Below are positions 27,096-42,902 of a stretch of 56,255 bases of DNA, one piece after another. Source of the DNA: an uncultured Clostridia bacterium (GTDB lineage Bacteria; Bacillota; Clostridia; Oscillospirales; Ruminococcaceae); assembly GCA_945921515.1 (NCBI GenBank), contig CAMEKR010000001.1:1-56255 (forward strand). The letters run 5' to 3'. Position 1 is the stretch's first letter. Each line of letters starts with the position of its first letter. Position numbers and translations under genes: made by a program. Below the pieces are notes generated by a model. It had not been told where the DNA came from, searched no databases, and was given only the letters and a program-made list of their open reading frames with translations.

Positions 27096-29273
27096 ATGAA
27101 TGAACCTATTCGTATCGTAAAAGATGAAAACGGCTCGGTAGTTCTGCGTTTTGACAAGCGTGAAGGCTGTGTAAGCTATACCTTGTATTTCAGGTGCGAG
27201 GGCGGCAGATTCAAACCTCTTATTACTACCGACAAGACAGCGATAAGGGTAAACTGTGTTGACGGATTGTGCTTTTTCAGGATAACCGGTCATACCGAAA
27301 ACGGCAGAACGGTAAATATCGGCACAGCAGATACATCTGTTCTGATGAAGAAAACAAGCTTTATCACTATGGGTTCGTACAATATTCAGAAGATAGTTGA
27401 ACGCAGTCCTAAGTTTTCGGCGGATAACACTCTGAGGGAGATATCACCGCTGACGGCATTTTTTCCGGGTATAGCTGATGGTGAGCATATTGACAGCGGT
27501 AAGAAGGCGTTCGGATATATCGAACAGCACCACAGCGACTATTTTATATTTGATTTTTACAAGACAGCGGTACAGGGAATCATAAAGACCGATAATTCTT
27601 TCCTTACTGCGGGAATTGACGATAACGACAAGCTTGGAGAGAAGCTTCCAAAGATACTTCCTCCCGAGGTTTATGAGCCGCTCGTTGAAGTGTTTGCGGC
27701 TCAGCTTCTAAAGCTCTATCCTTCCGACAGAATAATACTTGTCCGTACCGTTTCGCCCGAGTTTTATGCTATGGGAAGGCAGATGAGAAGAAGCACGCCA
27801 AAGAAAAAGCTGAACGCTTATCTTGACAGGCTCGAATCGTACTTTATAAAGCTTGCCGATCCGATAGTAATTGACCTTTGCGGTATGTATTTCGGCGATC
27901 TTTGTGCAAAGAGCGACGGAAAAGAAGCTGTATTTGACCGCTTTTTCTTAGCTGACAGCGCAAAGGCTCTCAGTGAGATAACAAGCGGCGAGCCGGGAAA
28001 GCTGTACTGCGAAAGGGATGTTGACTCAAGGCTGTCGCAGATACTTTGCTATTATGACAGCGCAAGCAGCAGGGGTATGATTTCCGTGCTTCTTGACAGA
28101 AAGAATCCTGCGGACTCGCTTATGTTCTATACTTCAAGAGAATTTATCGCAGAGAATAAGGCGGAGCTGAAGGATATTATTCTTCAGGAGTATACCTCTG
28201 TTTCGGATATTTACAGATATTATGACTTCGGTGACAACATCGAGATGAAAAATGTTGTCAAGGTGATCGCCGCACTTGAAAGCAACACACTTCAGAAGAT
28301 ATCCCACGGCGAGCTTATCCGTATGCTTGACAGGCAGTACAGAATAAAGCGCCCTATAGCAAATTTCATCCGTGCTACTCTTGAAAGCGCACTTGACAGG
28401 CAGGTGGATGTAAACGAGCAGAATCTGCGCTTTATGATACGCCTTGCTTATGACCTGTGGAATGGCTGTGACGCAGACGCAGTACCCGAAAAGATAGAAG
28501 AATATGAACGCATACACAACTTTACTCTTGTGGATATGTGGGGAACGGGTATTTCAAAGCGTTCGCTTTCGCTTACTTCGTCAACGCAGATTTCGGCGGC
28601 TGTCGGAGGCGAGTCATTTGTATGGGCGTTTGATAAGCCCGATATTATAGATGAGGCTGTTTTTGATACAACGGATGAATCGGGACCTATGGCAAAAGCT
28701 CAGCTTATGCGTACTGCTTTACAGCGCCTTGCTGCAAGTCCGGCACGCTGGTTTATACTCGATTTTGCAAATGTCATTGCAGATAACGCCAGGTACTGCG
28801 GCAACGGCTTTTCGGTAGATAAGAAATATACCGAATCACAGCTGTTTTCCGTTCTCGGCAAAAGCGGCGCTCTGTTTGTACTTGACTACGAAAACGACAA
28901 GCAGATGATAACGGACGCCTGTGATAAGCTGGCAGACTTTGCAATTAACCGCTACGGCAAGAATATAATTCTTTGCAAAACCTCGCTCAACAGCAAGATG
29001 CGTGACCTTGACGGAAAAATAAAGTCGCTTCCTACCGATAAGAAAACCTTTGCAAACGCTAAAGCTATTCTTGAGCTGTGCGAGGAGCGCTTTGCGATGA
29101 AAACCGACTGCTACATACTGAACAATTCCAAAAATTATATCTCGGATGAGAACTTTTCCGCAGGCGGTGCAGGAATCGCCCGTTATGAAGCGGATTTCTA
29201 TTCGTCCTGCGCCGATTATATTGATTATATCGTGCAGTACAGTCCTGCGCAGAAATATTATGATAAGCTCTGA
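27096..29273 (+). CDS. Hypothetical 725-aa protein with internally duplicated domain (DUF6270-like, tentative)
   Basis: Long ORF with GGAGGT RBS; paired motifs DYFIFDF/RWFILDF, YPSDRIIL/YGKNIIL, LESYF/CEERF. Confidence 0.7.
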   Translation: MNEPIRIVKDENGSVVLRFDKREGCVSYTLYFRCEGGRFKPLITTDKTAIRVNCVDGLCFFRITGHTENGRTVNIGTADTSVLMKKTSFITMGSYNIQKIVERSPKFSADNTLREISPLTAFFPGIADGEHIDSGKKAFGYIEQHHSDYFIFDFYKTAVQGIIKTDNSFLTAGIDDNDKLGEKLPKILPPEVYEPLVEVFAAQLLKLYPSDRIILVRTVSPEFYAMGRQMRRSTPKKKLNAYLDRLESYFIKLADPIVIDLCGMYFGDLCAKSDGKEAVFDRFFLADSAKALSEITSGEPGKLYCERDVDSRLSQILCYYDSASSRGMISVLLDRKNPADSLMFYTSREFIAENKAELKDIILQEYTSVSDIYRYYDFGDNIEMKNVVKVIAALESNTLQKISHGELIRMLDRQYRIKRPIANFIRATLESALDRQVDVNEQNLRFMIRLAYDLWNGCDADAVPEKIEEYERIHNFTLVDMWGTGISKRSLSLTSSTQISAAVGGESFVWAFDKPDIIDEAVFDTTDESGPMAKAQLMRTALQRLAASPARWFILDFANVIADNARYCGNGFSVDKKYTESQLFSVLGKSGALFVLDYENDKQMITDACDKLADFAINRYGKNIILCKTSLNSKMRDLDGKIKSLPTDKKTFANAKAILELCEERFAMKTDCYILNNSKNYISDENFSAGGAGIARYEADFYSSCADYIDYIVQYSPAQKYYDKL

Positions 29274-29372
29274 TGTTTTTTCCTCTGCTTTTGCGGAGGG
29301 AAATTCTTTTTCCTATTGATTATCCCGTTTGATTATGCTATCATATCAATAAACTAAAAGGAAGGTGCGATT

Positions 29373-30341
29373 ATGAGCGATAAAAACTATATCCCCTGCA
29401 ATCCAAAAGCACAGCAGGGAGTAAAAAATGTTATGAAATACCTGAGCGATATCACCTATAACGGCATTGTGACAGGTCAGCATACTCAGACTATGGCAAT
29501 GGAGGAGCTTCATCATATTAAGAGCATAACAGGCAGACAGCCGGCGCTCTTAGGCTTTGAGCTTCTCTCATATTCACCGAATATCAATTACTCGGATACC
29601 GATGAAGCGTGTATGAAAGAGGTAGAAGAGAACTACGGCACGCTTAAAAGAGCGTGGGAGTGGGCAGAGCAGAAAGGGCTTATAACTATGTGCTGGCATT
29701 GGTTTTCGCCCCTTTACGGCAGGTCGAAATCCTTCTTTTCCGAAAATACCGAGTTTGACGCATCGAAGGCTGTTATTGAGGGAACTGCCGAGAACAAAGC
29801 GCTTATTTCGGATATGGATACTATGGCAGGGATACTCCGGCCGTTTTGCGAAAAGGGAGTACCGATTCTTTGGCGGCCGTTCCATGAGGGCGACGGTGAC
29901 TGGTTCTGGTGGGGCGTAAAGGGCGCAGATACCGTGAAAAAGCTGTTCAGAATGATGTATGACCGCTACACGAAAATCCATAAGCTGAACAATCTTATAT
30001 GGGTGTGGAACTCACAGGTCCCCGAGTGCTATCCGGGTGATGATGTTGTGGACATTATATCAAGAGATATGTATCCGCCTGCACACGAGCATACCTCGCA
30101 GAGCGAAATGTACTATAATCTTATGGAGATAACAAAAACGCCTAAGATTACGATAATAGGCGAAACAGGCACACTTCCTTCCCCCGATGCCGTTGTATCC
30201 GAAAAGGTCGGCTGGTCATCGTATATGACCTGGTCAAAGCCGTTCTGCCTTACCGAAGAATACAATTTCGATGCAGAGCTTATAGCCGTATATAACAGCA
30301 AGTACGCTGTTACAAAAGACAAGCTGCCCGATTTGTATTGA
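29373..30341 (+). CDS. Glycoside hydrolase family 26 (beta-mannanase-like)
   Basis: WHW, WRPFHEGDGDWFWWG, LNNLIWVWN, YPGDDVVDI, GETG nucleophile region. Confidence 0.92.
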   Translation: MSDKNYIPCNPKAQQGVKNVMKYLSDITYNGIVTGQHTQTMAMEELHHIKSITGRQPALLGFELLSYSPNINYSDTDEACMKEVEENYGTLKRAWEWAEQKGLITMCWHWFSPLYGRSKSFFSENTEFDASKAVIEGTAENKALISDMDTMAGILRPFCEKGVPILWRPFHEGDGDWFWWGVKGADTVKKLFRMMYDRYTKIHKLNNLIWVWNSQVPECYPGDDVVDIISRDMYPPAHEHTSQSEMYYNLMEITKTPKITIIGETGTLPSPDAVVSEKVGWSSYMTWSKPFCLTEEYNFDAELIAVYNSKYAVTKDKLPDLY

Positions 30342-30437
30342 GCTATGAAGGGAAGATAGCATCAGGAGATACCGACCAACGTTTCATAAATATATTTTGA
30401 TTGGTTTGAAATCGAACATTTCCGAACATTATATTAA

Positions 30438-30479
30438 ATACCGCAAATCCGTTTTGCTTACAGGACGGGTTTGCGGTAT
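30438..30479. terminator. Stem-loop downstream of GH26 gene
   Basis: ataccgcaaatccgttttg-ctta-caggacgggtttgcggtat; weak U tract. Confidence 0.55.
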
Positions 30480-30603
30480 CGTCATATAAAAGAGGAATGT
30501 GCATATATAAATTTTATATGGCAAAATCGGCATTTTGACATATTTTCGGTCAAAACAACGATAGGAAAATGCGAAAAAAGACAAAAGTTAAGCGTTTTTT
30601 CTA

Positions 30604-30632
30604 TTGACTTTACCATTTATATGTGGTACAAT
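30604..30632 (+). promoter_or_regulatory. sigmaA promoter of rpoBC
   Basis: TTGACT-17-TACAAT with extended TG. Confidence 0.75.
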
Positions 30633-30769
30633 ACTAAAATGTATCATAATGGATTTATATGCGTTTCGGTATAAAACGGAGTGTGGCGTAAAATGTCGCA
30701 AAGCCCGTATTTATGCGGAAAAAACCGAATGCATTATTTCCGACGAATAAATAAGGAGTGGTAAAGCCC

Positions 30770-33700
30770 ATGGTGAATGTCAAGCAGGTAAAGCTGGGTA
30801 GAAATACCCGTATGAGTTTTTCCAAGATCAATGAAGTTCAGGAAATGCCTAACCTCATTGAAATACAGAAGGACTCGTATCAGTGGTTCTTGGACGAGGG
30901 TATCAAGGAAGTATTCAAGGATATTTCTTCAATTACCGACGCTAACGGCAAGCTGGTACTGAGCTTCGTTGATTATCGTATCGACGAAACCCCGAAGTAT
31001 ACAATTGAGGAGTGCAAGGAGCGTGACACGACTTACGCCGCACCTTTAAGAGTAAAAGCTCAGCTCAGGAACACCGAAACGGGCGAGGTCGTTGAAAATG
31101 AGATATTCATGGGCGACTTCCCTCTGATGACAGACAGCGGTACTTTCGTTATCAACGGTGCAGAGCGTGTCATCGTATCACAGCTCGTTCGTTCCCCCGG
31201 CGTTTATTATGGCTTTGACTACGATAAGACGGGCAAGAAGCTGTTCAAGTCAACCGTTATCCCCAACAGAGGCGCATGGCTTGAATATGAGATGGATTCA
31301 AACGATATCTTCTACGTCCGTATAGATAAGAACAGAAAGATACCGGCAACGACATTTATCCGTGCGCTCGGTATAAGCAGCGACGACGATCTTATCGATC
31401 TGTTCGGCGAGGATCCCAGAATTGTTCAGACTATTCAGGAAAAGGACGCTACAAAGAATACCGAAGAAGCTCTGCTTGAAGTTTACAGAAAGCTGAGACC
31501 GGGCGAGCCCCCCACGGTTGATTCCGCCAAGACTCACCTCAATAACCTGTTCTTTGACGCAAAGAGATACGATCTTGCAAGATTCGGCCGCTACAAGTAC
31601 AACAAGAAGCTCGGCGTAGCTTCAAGAATAGCAGGCCACAAGGCTGCACAGCCGATAATCGATCCCACAACAGGCGAAATCCTTGTTGACGAGAACGAAT
31701 TTATCAACGCTGAAAAGGCTCACGCTGTTGAGCAGGCAGGCGTAATGGAATGCGTTATCTTCTCAGAAGAAAAGGCAGTCAAGGTACTCGGCAACGGCAT
31801 GGTTGATATACAGGGCTATATCCCCGAGTCTATCGACGCTGAAGCTCTCGGAATAAACGAGAAGGTTTGCTTCAAGGTACTGCGTGAGATACTTGATAAG
31901 TGCGGCGACGATGTTGAAGCTCTGACAGAGGAGCTTGCAAACAGAGTTGACGACCTTATCCCCAAGCACATCACTCTTGACGATATATTTGCAACAGTAA
32001 GCTATTTCATCGACCTTTGCGAAGGTGTCGGCGAGATAGACGATATAGACCACCTCGGCAACAGAAGAATACGCAGTGTCGGCGAACTGCTCCAGAACCA
32101 GTTCCGCATCGGCTTTGCAAGAATGGAAAGAGTTATCCGTGAGCGTATGGGACTTCAGTCTCAGGAAGGCGACAAGATAACTCCTAACGCCCTGATAAAT
32201 ATCAGACCTGTTGTTGCGGCTATCAAGGAATTTTTCGGTTCTTCTCCGCTTTCACAGTTCATGGATCAGAACAACCCCCTTGCCGAGCTTACTCATAAGA
32301 GAAGACTCTCGGCACTCGGCCCCGGCGGTCTGTCCCGTGACCGTGCAAGCTTCGAGGTTCGTGATGTACACTATTCTCACTACGGCAGAATGTGTCCTAT
32401 CGAGACTCCCGAAGGTCCTAACATCGGACTTATCTCCTACCTTGCTTCTTTTGCAAAGATAAACAAGTACGGCTTTATCGAAGCTCCTTACCGCAAGGTT
32501 GACAAGGAGACAGGCGTTGTACTTGATGAAGTAACCTATATGACTGCCGATGTAGAAGACAACTATGTAGTTGCACAGGCCAACGAGCCTCTTGACGAGC
32601 AGGGAAGATTCGCAAGAAAGCGTGTTAATGCCCGTTACCGTGAAGAGATACTCGAAGTTGACCGCGCACGCGTTGACTACATGGATGTATCGCCTAAGAT
32701 GGTCGTATCGGTAGCAACCGCTATGATACCGTTCCTTGAGAACGATGACGCAAACCGTGCTCTGATGGGTGCGAACATGCAGCGTCAGGCAGTTCCGCTG
32801 ATGGTAACACAGAATCCTATCGTCGGCACCGGTATGGAATATAAGGCGGCAGTAGATTCGGGCGCAGTTGTAGTAGCCAAGGAAGACGGCGTTGTCACAA
32901 AGTGCTGTGCCGATGAAATAGTAGTTACCGATGATATGGGCGTTGAGCACAGCTACAAGCTGATAAAGTTCAAGCGTTCAAACCAGGGTACCTGCGTTAA
33001 CCAGCGCCCCGCTGTTTCAAAGGGCATGGAGATAAAGAAGGGCGATGTACTTGCCGACGGTCCCGCAACGAGCCAGGGCGAGATCTCACTCGGTAAGAAT
33101 GCGCTTATCGGCTTTATGACCTGGGAAGGTTATAACTACGAGGACGCCGTTCTTATCAACGAAAAGTTAGTTTACAACGATGTATACACATCGATCCATA
33201 TTGAAGAGTATGAACTTGAATGCCGTGATACAAAGCTCGGTCCCGAAGAGATAACAAGAGAGATACCCAACGTATCCGAGGACGCTCTCAAGGACCTTGA
33301 CGAAAGAGGTATCATCCGCATAGGCGCAGAGGTTCACTCCGGCGATATCATGGTAGGTAAGGTTACTCCCAAGGGCGAGACCGAGCTTACAGCAGAAGAA
33401 AGACTTCTCCGTGCTATCTTCGGTGATAAGGCAAGAGAAGTAAGAGACAATTCGCTTCGTGTTCCTCACGGCGAGAGCGGTATCATCGTTGATGTCAAGG
33501 TATTCACAAGACAGAACTGCGATGAGCTTTCTCCCGGAGTTAATATGGTAGTAAGATGCTATATTGCTCAGAAGCGTAAGATTTCTGTCGGCGATAAGAT
33601 GGCAGGCCGTCACGGAAACAAGGGTGTCGTATCCCGCATCTTAAAGCAGGAGGATATGCCTTTCCTGCCCGACGGTACTCCGCTTGATATCGTGCTGAAC

Positions 33701-34558
33701 CCCCTCGGCGTTCCTTCACGTATGAACATCGGTCAGGTACTCGAAGTACACCTCGGTTATGCTTGTAAGGCGCTTGACTGGCAGATAATGACTCCTGTAT
33801 TCGACGGTGCTCACGAGGCAGATATCAGAGCTTGCTTTGAAAAGGCTGAAGCTGAGAGAGCTAACTACAAGGACAAGGATACCGCAAACATCGACTTCTC
33901 CAAGATTCCGATGAATCCCGACGCCAAGACTCAGCTTACCGACGGTCGTACAGGTGAAAAGTTCGACAGCCCCGTAACAGTCGGTTATATGTATTATCTC
34001 AAGCTCCACCACCTCGTTGACGATAAGATTCACGCGCGTTCAACAGGTCCCTACTCACTGGTAACGCAGCAGCCTCTGGGCGGTAAGGCTCAGTTCGGCG
34101 GTCAGCGTTTCGGTGAGATGGAAGTTTGGGCGCTCGAAGCGTACGGCGCTGCTTACACGCTTCAGGAAATACTGACTGTTAAGTCCGACGATATCGTAGG
34201 ACGTGTTAAGACTTATGAAGCTATAGTTAAGGGCGAGCCCGTGCCTAAGGCAGGCGTTCCTGAGAGCTTCAAAGTACTGTTCAAGGAGCTTCAGTCGCTC
34301 GGTCTTGATATAAAGGTGCTGGATGCAGACAAGAACGAGATAGATCTTAAGCAGACTTATGAAGAAGATGATGAATACGGTGCAGCGGCAGGCGATGAAA
34401 CATTTGACTATGTTGCAGAAGAAGGCTCGCTTGACGACGGATTTATCACAAGAGATATAGATGACGACAGCGAATTCTATGCCGACAAGGACGAAGATGA
34501 TTTTGATATCGACTTCCCCGAGGATGTTGACGCTGACGACTTCGGCGACGAAGACTGA
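30770..34558 (+). CDS. rpoB: RNA polymerase beta subunit
   Basis: [57 protein letters not shown]; start ATG 30770 (ORF track GTG 30758). Confidence 0.99.
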   Translation: MVNVKQVKLGRNTRMSFSKINEVQEMPNLIEIQKDSYQWFLDEGIKEVFKDISSITDANGKLVLSFVDYRIDETPKYTIEECKERDTTYAAPLRVKAQLRNTETGEVVENEIFMGDFPLMTDSGTFVINGAERVIVSQLVRSPGVYYGFDYDKTGKKLFKSTVIPNRGAWLEYEMDSNDIFYVRIDKNRKIPATTFIRALGISSDDDLIDLFGEDPRIVQTIQEKDATKNTEEALLEVYRKLRPGEPPTVDSAKTHLNNLFFDAKRYDLARFGRYKYNKKLGVASRIAGHKAAQPIIDPTTGEILVDENEFINAEKAHAVEQAGVMECVIFSEEKAVKVLGNGMVDIQGYIPESIDAEALGINEKVCFKVLREILDKCGDDVEALTEELANRVDDLIPKHITLDDIFATVSYFIDLCEGVGEIDDIDHLGNRRIRSVGELLQNQFRIGFARMERVIRERMGLQSQEGDKITPNALINIRPVVAAIKEFFGSSPLSQFMDQNNPLAELTHKRRLSALGPGGLSRDRASFEVRDVHYSHYGRMCPIETPEGPNIGLISYLASFAKINKYGFIEAPYRKVDKETGVVLDEVTYMTADVEDNYVVAQANEPLDEQGRFARKRVNARYREEILEVDRARVDYMDVSPKMVVSVATAMIPFLENDDANRALMGANMQRQAVPLMVTQNPIVGTGMEYKAAVDSGAVVVAKEDGVVTKCCADEIVVTDDMGVEHSYKLIKFKRSNQGTCVNQRPAVSKGMEIKKGDVLADGPATSQGEISLGKNALIGFMTWEGYNYEDAVLINEKLVYNDVYTSIHIEEYELECRDTKLGPEEITREIPNVSEDALKDLDERGIIRIGAEVHSGDIMVGKVTPKGETELTAEERLLRAIFGDKAREVRDNSLRVPHGESGIIVDVKVFTRQNCDELSPGVNMVVRCYIAQKRKISVGDKMAGRHGNKGVVSRILKQEDMPFLPDGTPLDIVLNPLGVPSRMNIGQVLEVHLGYACKALDWQIMTPVFDGAHEADIRACFEKAEAERANYKDKDTANIDFSKIPMNPDAKTQLTDGRTGEKFDSPVTVGYMYYLKLHHLVDDKIHARSTGPYSLVTQQPLGGKAQFGGQRFGEMEVWALEAYGAAYTLQEILTVKSDDIVGRVKTYEAIVKGEPVPKAGVPESFKVLFKELQSLGLDIKVLDADKNEIDLKQTYEEDDEYGAAAGDETFDYVAEEGSLDDGFITRDIDDDSEFYADKDEDDFDIDFPEDVDADDFGDED

Positions 34559-34635
34559 GCGTAGACGGCATTGACAGAAAGCGTGCGCACATCAGGCGCA
34601 TATAAACTTCTATAGAAAGAATTGAGGTCTGTAAA

Positions 34636-38229
<3,594 letters not shown>

Positions 38230-38289
38230 AGTCAATTAATGCTCAAAGGCGACGATTGTAACAAAATTTTTCGGTGTAAACGAAAAAGC

Positions 38290-38318
38290 TTGACAATCGC
38301 CGCCTTTTCGTATATAAT
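38290..38318 (+). promoter_or_regulatory. Consensus sigmaA promoter of str operon
   Basis: TTGACA-17-TATAAT. Confidence 0.88.
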
Positions 38319-38400
38319 AATTAAATGTGTGCAGAATAATTGCGTAATTGCGCTATTCTGTGGCATAATTTATAATATTTTTTGCAAGGAGGTGTAACAT

Positions 38401-38829
38401 TTGCCAACCTTTAACCAGCTCGTTCGTAAGGGAAGAGCAGTTGCTGAAAAGAAGTCCAAGGCTCCTGCACTGCAGAAGAGCATGAACACTCTTAAGAAGG
38501 AAACGGTTGATATGTCTTCTCCCCAGAAGAGAGGCGTATGCACAGCTGTTCGTACTGCTACCCCCAAGAAGCCTAACTCGGCTATGAGAAAGATTGCCAG
38601 AGTAAGACTTTCCAACGGTTATGAAGTTACTGCTTATATTCCGGGTATCGGACACAAACTGCAGGAACACAGCGTTGTACTGATTCGTGGCGGCCGTGTT
38701 AAGGATCTCCCCGGTGTGCGTTACCACATCATCAGAGGTACACTCGATGCTCAGGGTGTTGACGGAAGAATGCAGGGCAGATCAAAGTACGGAGCTAAGC
38801 GTCCGAAGGCTGGTGCGAAAAAAGCGTAA
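38401..38829 (+). CDS. rpsL: 30S ribosomal protein S12
   Basis: [30 protein letters not shown]; TTG start after AGGAGG. Confidence 0.99.
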   Translation: MPTFNQLVRKGRAVAEKKSKAPALQKSMNTLKKETVDMSSPQKRGVCTAVRTATPKKPNSAMRKIARVRLSNGYEVTAYIPGIGHKLQEHSVVLIRGGRVKDLPGVRYHIIRGTLDAQGVDGRMQGRSKYGAKRPKAGAKKA

Positions 38830-38948
38830 CTGATTACTTTAGCCACTATTGTGGAGTAATATATATTATTACCTCTGCAATTGGACGGCGGGAGTTGATC
38901 GCTTTCGAGTACCGATGATTTTCATTTTTTATGAAGGAGGGAAGTAAA

Positions 38949-39419
38949 GTGCCAAGAAGAGGTAATGTTCCTAAGCGTGATGTATTACCTGATCCTATGT
39001 ACGGCTCAGAGCTCGTAACAAGACTCGTAAACAATATCATGCTCGATGGCAAGAAGGGTGTTGCTCAGAAGATTGTATACGGTGCATTTGACATCGTTGC
39101 CGAAAAGTCCGGCAAGAGCGCACTTGAAGCTTTTGAAGAAGCTATGGAAAATATCATGCCTCAGTTAGAGGTAAAGGCTCGCCGTGTCGGCGGTGCCACA
39201 TATCAGGTTCCTATGGAAGTTCGTCCCGAAAGAAGAAGAACTTTAGGTCTGAGATGGATCACTCTGTACGCAAGACAGAGAAACGAAAAGACAATGAAGG
39301 AAAGACTTGCAAACGAGATCCTCGACGCTATGAACGGTCAGGGCGGAGCTTGCAAGAAGCGCGATGATACACACAGAATGGCAGAAGCTAACAGAGCTTT
39401 CGCACATTACAAGTGGTAA
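38949..39419 (+). CDS. rpsG: 30S ribosomal protein S7
   Basis: PRRG...[11 protein letters not shown]...[11 protein letters not shown]; GTG start at 38949 gives 156 aa. Confidence 0.99.
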   Translation: MPRRGNVPKRDVLPDPMYGSELVTRLVNNIMLDGKKGVAQKIVYGAFDIVAEKSGKSALEAFEEAMENIMPQLEVKARRVGGATYQVPMEVRPERRRTLGLRWITLYARQRNEKTMKERLANEILDAMNGQGGACKKRDDTHRMAEANRAFAHYKW

Positions 39420-39438
39420 TCAATAAAACGGAGGAATT

Positions 39439-41517
39439 ATGGCTAGAGACGTATCTCTTGAAATGACCCGTAATATTGGTATCATGGCTCACATCGACGC
39501 AGGTAAGACAACTACAACCGAGCGTATCCTGTTCTACACCGGTATCAACCACAAGATCGGTGAGACCCACGACGGTTCTGCTACGATGGACTGGATGGAG
39601 CAGGAGCAGGAAAGAGGTATCACAATCACCTCTGCTGCTACTACTGCATACTGGAAGAAGCACAGAATCAATATTATAGATACTCCCGGACACGTTGACT
39701 TTACTGTTGAAGTTGAGCGTTCGCTGCGAGTTCTTGACGGATCTGTTACGGTTTTATGTGCTAAGGGCGGTGTTGAGCCTCAGTCAGAAACCGTATGGCG
39801 TCAGGCAGACAAGTATCATGTCCCCAGAATGGCTTACATCAATAAGATGGATATCATGGGTGCAGACTTCTACAACGTTGTCGGCATGATGAGAGACAGA
39901 CTTAAATGTAATGCTGTTCCGATACAGCTTCCTATCGGTTCCGAAGATACATTCAGAGGAATCGTTGACCTTATCGAAATGAACGCCGATATCTACTACG
40001 ACGATCTCGGTAAGGATATGCGTGTAGAGGAAATTCCGGATGATATGAAGGAAAAGGCTCAGGAATACCACGATGCACTCATCGAGGCAGTAGCTGAGCA
40101 GGATGAGGAGCTTATGAACAAGTTCCTCGAAGGTGAAGAGATCACCGTTGAAGAAATAAAGGCTGTACTCAGAAAGGCTACTATCGATAACGAGATAGTT
40201 CCCGTTACCTGCGGTACTTCTTATAAGAACAAGGGCGTACAGAAGCTCCTCGATGCAATCGTTGACTATATGCCCTCTCCTCTCGATGTTCCTGCTATCA
40301 AGGGTGTTAACCCCGAGACAGGCGAAGAGGTTGAAAGACACGCAGGCGACGATCAGCCGTTCTCTGCGCTCGCTTTCAAGATCGCTACCGACCCGTTCGT
40401 TGGTAAGCTCTGCTTCTTCAGAGTTTATTCAGGTGTTGTTGCTGCCGGTACGACAGTCCTCAACGCTACAAAGGACAAGAAGGAGCGTATGGGACGTATT
40501 CTTCAGATGCACGCTAACCACAGAGCAGACCTCGAAGTTTGCTACTGCGGCGATATCGCAGCTGCTGTTGGTGTTAAGAACACAACAACCGGTGATACAC
40601 TGTGCGACGAGAACAACCCCGTAATACTTGAGTCTATGGAATTCCCCGAGCCTGTTATCTCGCTCGCTATCGAACCCAAGACCAAGGCAGGTCAGGAAAA
40701 GATGGCTATTGCTCTTGCAAAGCTTGCAGAGGAAGACCCCACATTCAAGACCTATACAAATGAGGAAACAGGTCAGACAATCATCGCCGGAATGGGCGAG
40801 CTCCACCTTGAGATCATCGTAGACAGACTTATGCGTGAGTTCAAGGTTGAGGCTAATGTCGGCGCTCCTCAGGTTGCATATAAAGAAACGATCACTACCA
40901 ATGCTGATGTTGATACCAAGTATGCTCGTCAGTCAGGTGGTAAAGGTCAGTACGGTCATGTTAAGCTCCATGTATACCCCAACGAGTCCGGTAAGGGCTA
41001 TGAGTTCGTCAACGCTATCGTCGGCGGTTCTATTCCTAAGGAATATATCCCCGCTGTTGATGCAGGTATCCAGGGCGCTTTAGAGTCCGGTGTTCTTGCA
41101 GGCTATCAGACAGTTGACGTTAAGGTAGAGCTTTATGATGGTTCTTACCACGAAGTCGACTCATCCGAAATGGCATTCAAGATCGCAGGTTCAATGGCTA
41201 TTAAGGAAGCTTGCCGCAAGGCAAACCCCGTTATCCTTGAGCCTATCATGAAGGTAGTTGTTACAGTTCCCGAAGAATATATGGGCGATGTAATCGGCGA
41301 CTTAAGCTCTCGTCGTGGTGAGATACAGGGTATGGAAGACAGAAACGGCGTTAAGCAGATTAATGCTTTCGTTCCTCTGTCTGAGATGTTCGGTTACTCA
41401 AACGACCTGCGTTCTAAGTCACAGGGACGCGGCCAGTATGTAATGGAACCCAGCCACTACATTCAGGTTCCTAAGTCAATTGCAGATGGTATCATCAGCA
41501 AGAGAGCCAAGGACTGA
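39439..41517 (+). CDS. fusA: Elongation factor G
   Basis: [38 protein letters not shown]. Confidence 0.99.
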   Translation: MARDVSLEMTRNIGIMAHIDAGKTTTTERILFYTGINHKIGETHDGSATMDWMEQEQERGITITSAATTAYWKKHRINIIDTPGHVDFTVEVERSLRVLDGSVTVLCAKGGVEPQSETVWRQADKYHVPRMAYINKMDIMGADFYNVVGMMRDRLKCNAVPIQLPIGSEDTFRGIVDLIEMNADIYYDDLGKDMRVEEIPDDMKEKAQEYHDALIEAVAEQDEELMNKFLEGEEITVEEIKAVLRKATIDNEIVPVTCGTSYKNKGVQKLLDAIVDYMPSPLDVPAIKGVNPETGEEVERHAGDDQPFSALAFKIATDPFVGKLCFFRVYSGVVAAGTTVLNATKDKKERMGRILQMHANHRADLEVCYCGDIAAAVGVKNTTTGDTLCDENNPVILESMEFPEPVISLAIEPKTKAGQEKMAIALAKLAEEDPTFKTYTNEETGQTIIAGMGELHLEIIVDRLMREFKVEANVGAPQVAYKETITTNADVDTKYARQSGGKGQYGHVKLHVYPNESGKGYEFVNAIVGGSIPKEYIPAVDAGIQGALESGVLAGYQTVDVKVELYDGSYHEVDSSEMAFKIAGSMAIKEACRKANPVILEPIMKVVVTVPEEYMGDVIGDLSSRRGEIQGMEDRNGVKQINAFVPLSEMFGYSNDLRSKSQGRGQYVMEPSHYIQVPKSIADGIISKRAKD

Positions 41518-41618
41518 TAAAATTTTTCTGAAAGAGCAAAAAAGACTTGTTTTTTGAGAAATAATCTGTTAAAATACAAAGTGTATGAATTACACACATT
41601 TAAAGGAGGAAAATTCCA

Positions 41619-42821
41619 ATGGCAAAGCAGAAATTTGAACGTACCAAGCCCCATGTAAACATTGGTACAATCGGTCACGTTGACCACGGCAAGACAACAT
41701 TAACAGCAGCTATCACAAAGTACCTTTCTCTCAAGGGTTATGCTCAGTTCGAAGCATACGATATGATTGATAAGGCTCCCGAGGAGAGAGAGCGTGGTAT
41801 TACAATCAACACAGCTCACGTTGAGTACGAGACAGATGCTCGTCACTATGCACACGTTGACTGCCCCGGCCACGCTGACTATATCAAGAACATGATCACA
41901 GGTGCTGCTCAGATGGATGGCGCTATCCTTGTTGTTGCAGGTACAGACGGTCCTATGGCTCAGACCAAGGAGCACATCCTGCTCGCTCACCAGGTAGGCG
42001 TTCCTGCTATGGTAGTATTCATCAATAAGTGCGATGACGTTGACGATCCCGAACTTCTCGACCTCGTTGAGATGGATATCCGTGAGACTCTGTCAGAGCA
42101 TGACTTCCCCGGTGACGATATCCCCGTTATCCGTGGTTCTGCTAAGGTTGCACTTGACAGCGCAAGCAAGGATGTCAATGCTCCCGAGTACGCTTGCATC
42201 AAGGAACTTATGGATGCAGTAGACTCTTACATTCCTACTCCCGACCGTAAGGCTGACCTGCCCTTCCTTATGCCTGTTGAGGATACTATGACAATTTCCG
42301 GTCGTGGTACAGTTGCTACAGGTAGAGTAGAGCGTGGTATTCTTAAGCTCAACGATACAGTAGAGATCACAGGTCTTACAGACGAGCCTAAGCAGACAGT
42401 TGTAACAGGTATCGAAATGTTCCGTAAGCTCCTCGACTTCGCTGAGGCTGGTGACAACATCGGTACACTTCTCCGTGGTATTCAGAGAAGCGAGATCGAG
42501 CGTGGTCAGGTTCTTTGCAAGCCCGGTTCAATCCACCCCCACAAGAAGTTCAAGGGTCAGGTTTACGTATTAAAGAAAGAAGAAGGCGGCCGTCATACTC
42601 CTTTCTTCTCAAACTACAGACCTCAGTTCTTCTTCAGAACAACTGACGTTACAGGTGTTATCACACTTCCTGCTGACAAGGAAATGTGCATGCCCGGCGA
42701 TAACGTAACAATGGATGTTGAGCTTATCACTCCTATCGCTATCGAAGAAGGTCTTCGTTTCGCTATCCGTGAAGGCGGCAGAACAGTAGGTTCAGGCGTC
42801 GTTACAGCTATCAACGATTAA
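41619..42821 (+). CDS. tuf: Elongation factor Tu
   Basis: [32 protein letters not shown]. Confidence 0.99.
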   Translation: MAKQKFERTKPHVNIGTIGHVDHGKTTLTAAITKYLSLKGYAQFEAYDMIDKAPEERERGITINTAHVEYETDARHYAHVDCPGHADYIKNMITGAAQMDGAILVVAGTDGPMAQTKEHILLAHQVGVPAMVVFINKCDDVDDPELLDLVEMDIRETLSEHDFPGDDIPVIRGSAKVALDSASKDVNAPEYACIKELMDAVDSYIPTPDRKADLPFLMPVEDTMTISGRGTVATGRVERGILKLNDTVEITGLTDEPKQTVVTGIEMFRKLLDFAEAGDNIGTLLRGIQRSEIERGQVLCKPGSIHPHKKFKGQVYVLKKEEGGRHTPFFSNYRPQFFFRTTDVTGVITLPADKEMCMPGDNVTMDVELITPIAIEEGLRFAIREGGRTVGSGVVTAIND

Positions 42822-42844
42822 TTTACGACAGATCTTATATAATG

Positions 42845-42877
42845 CAATATCCGCTTTAACAAGCGGATATTGTTTTT
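42845..42877 (+). terminator. Terminator of str operon
   Basis: caatatccgctt-taac-aagcggatattg-ttttt. Confidence 0.88.
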
Positions 42878-42902
42878 ATATATAGTTTTGAAAGGAGAGA
42901 AT

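Noticed and set aside
32230-32330. Rifampicin-resistance allele in rpoB (and streptomycin resistance in rpsL)
   Set aside because: The key D, H and S residues of cluster I (MDQ...THKRRLS) are wild type, the SSPLS variant is common in clostridia, and both S12 lysines are intact.
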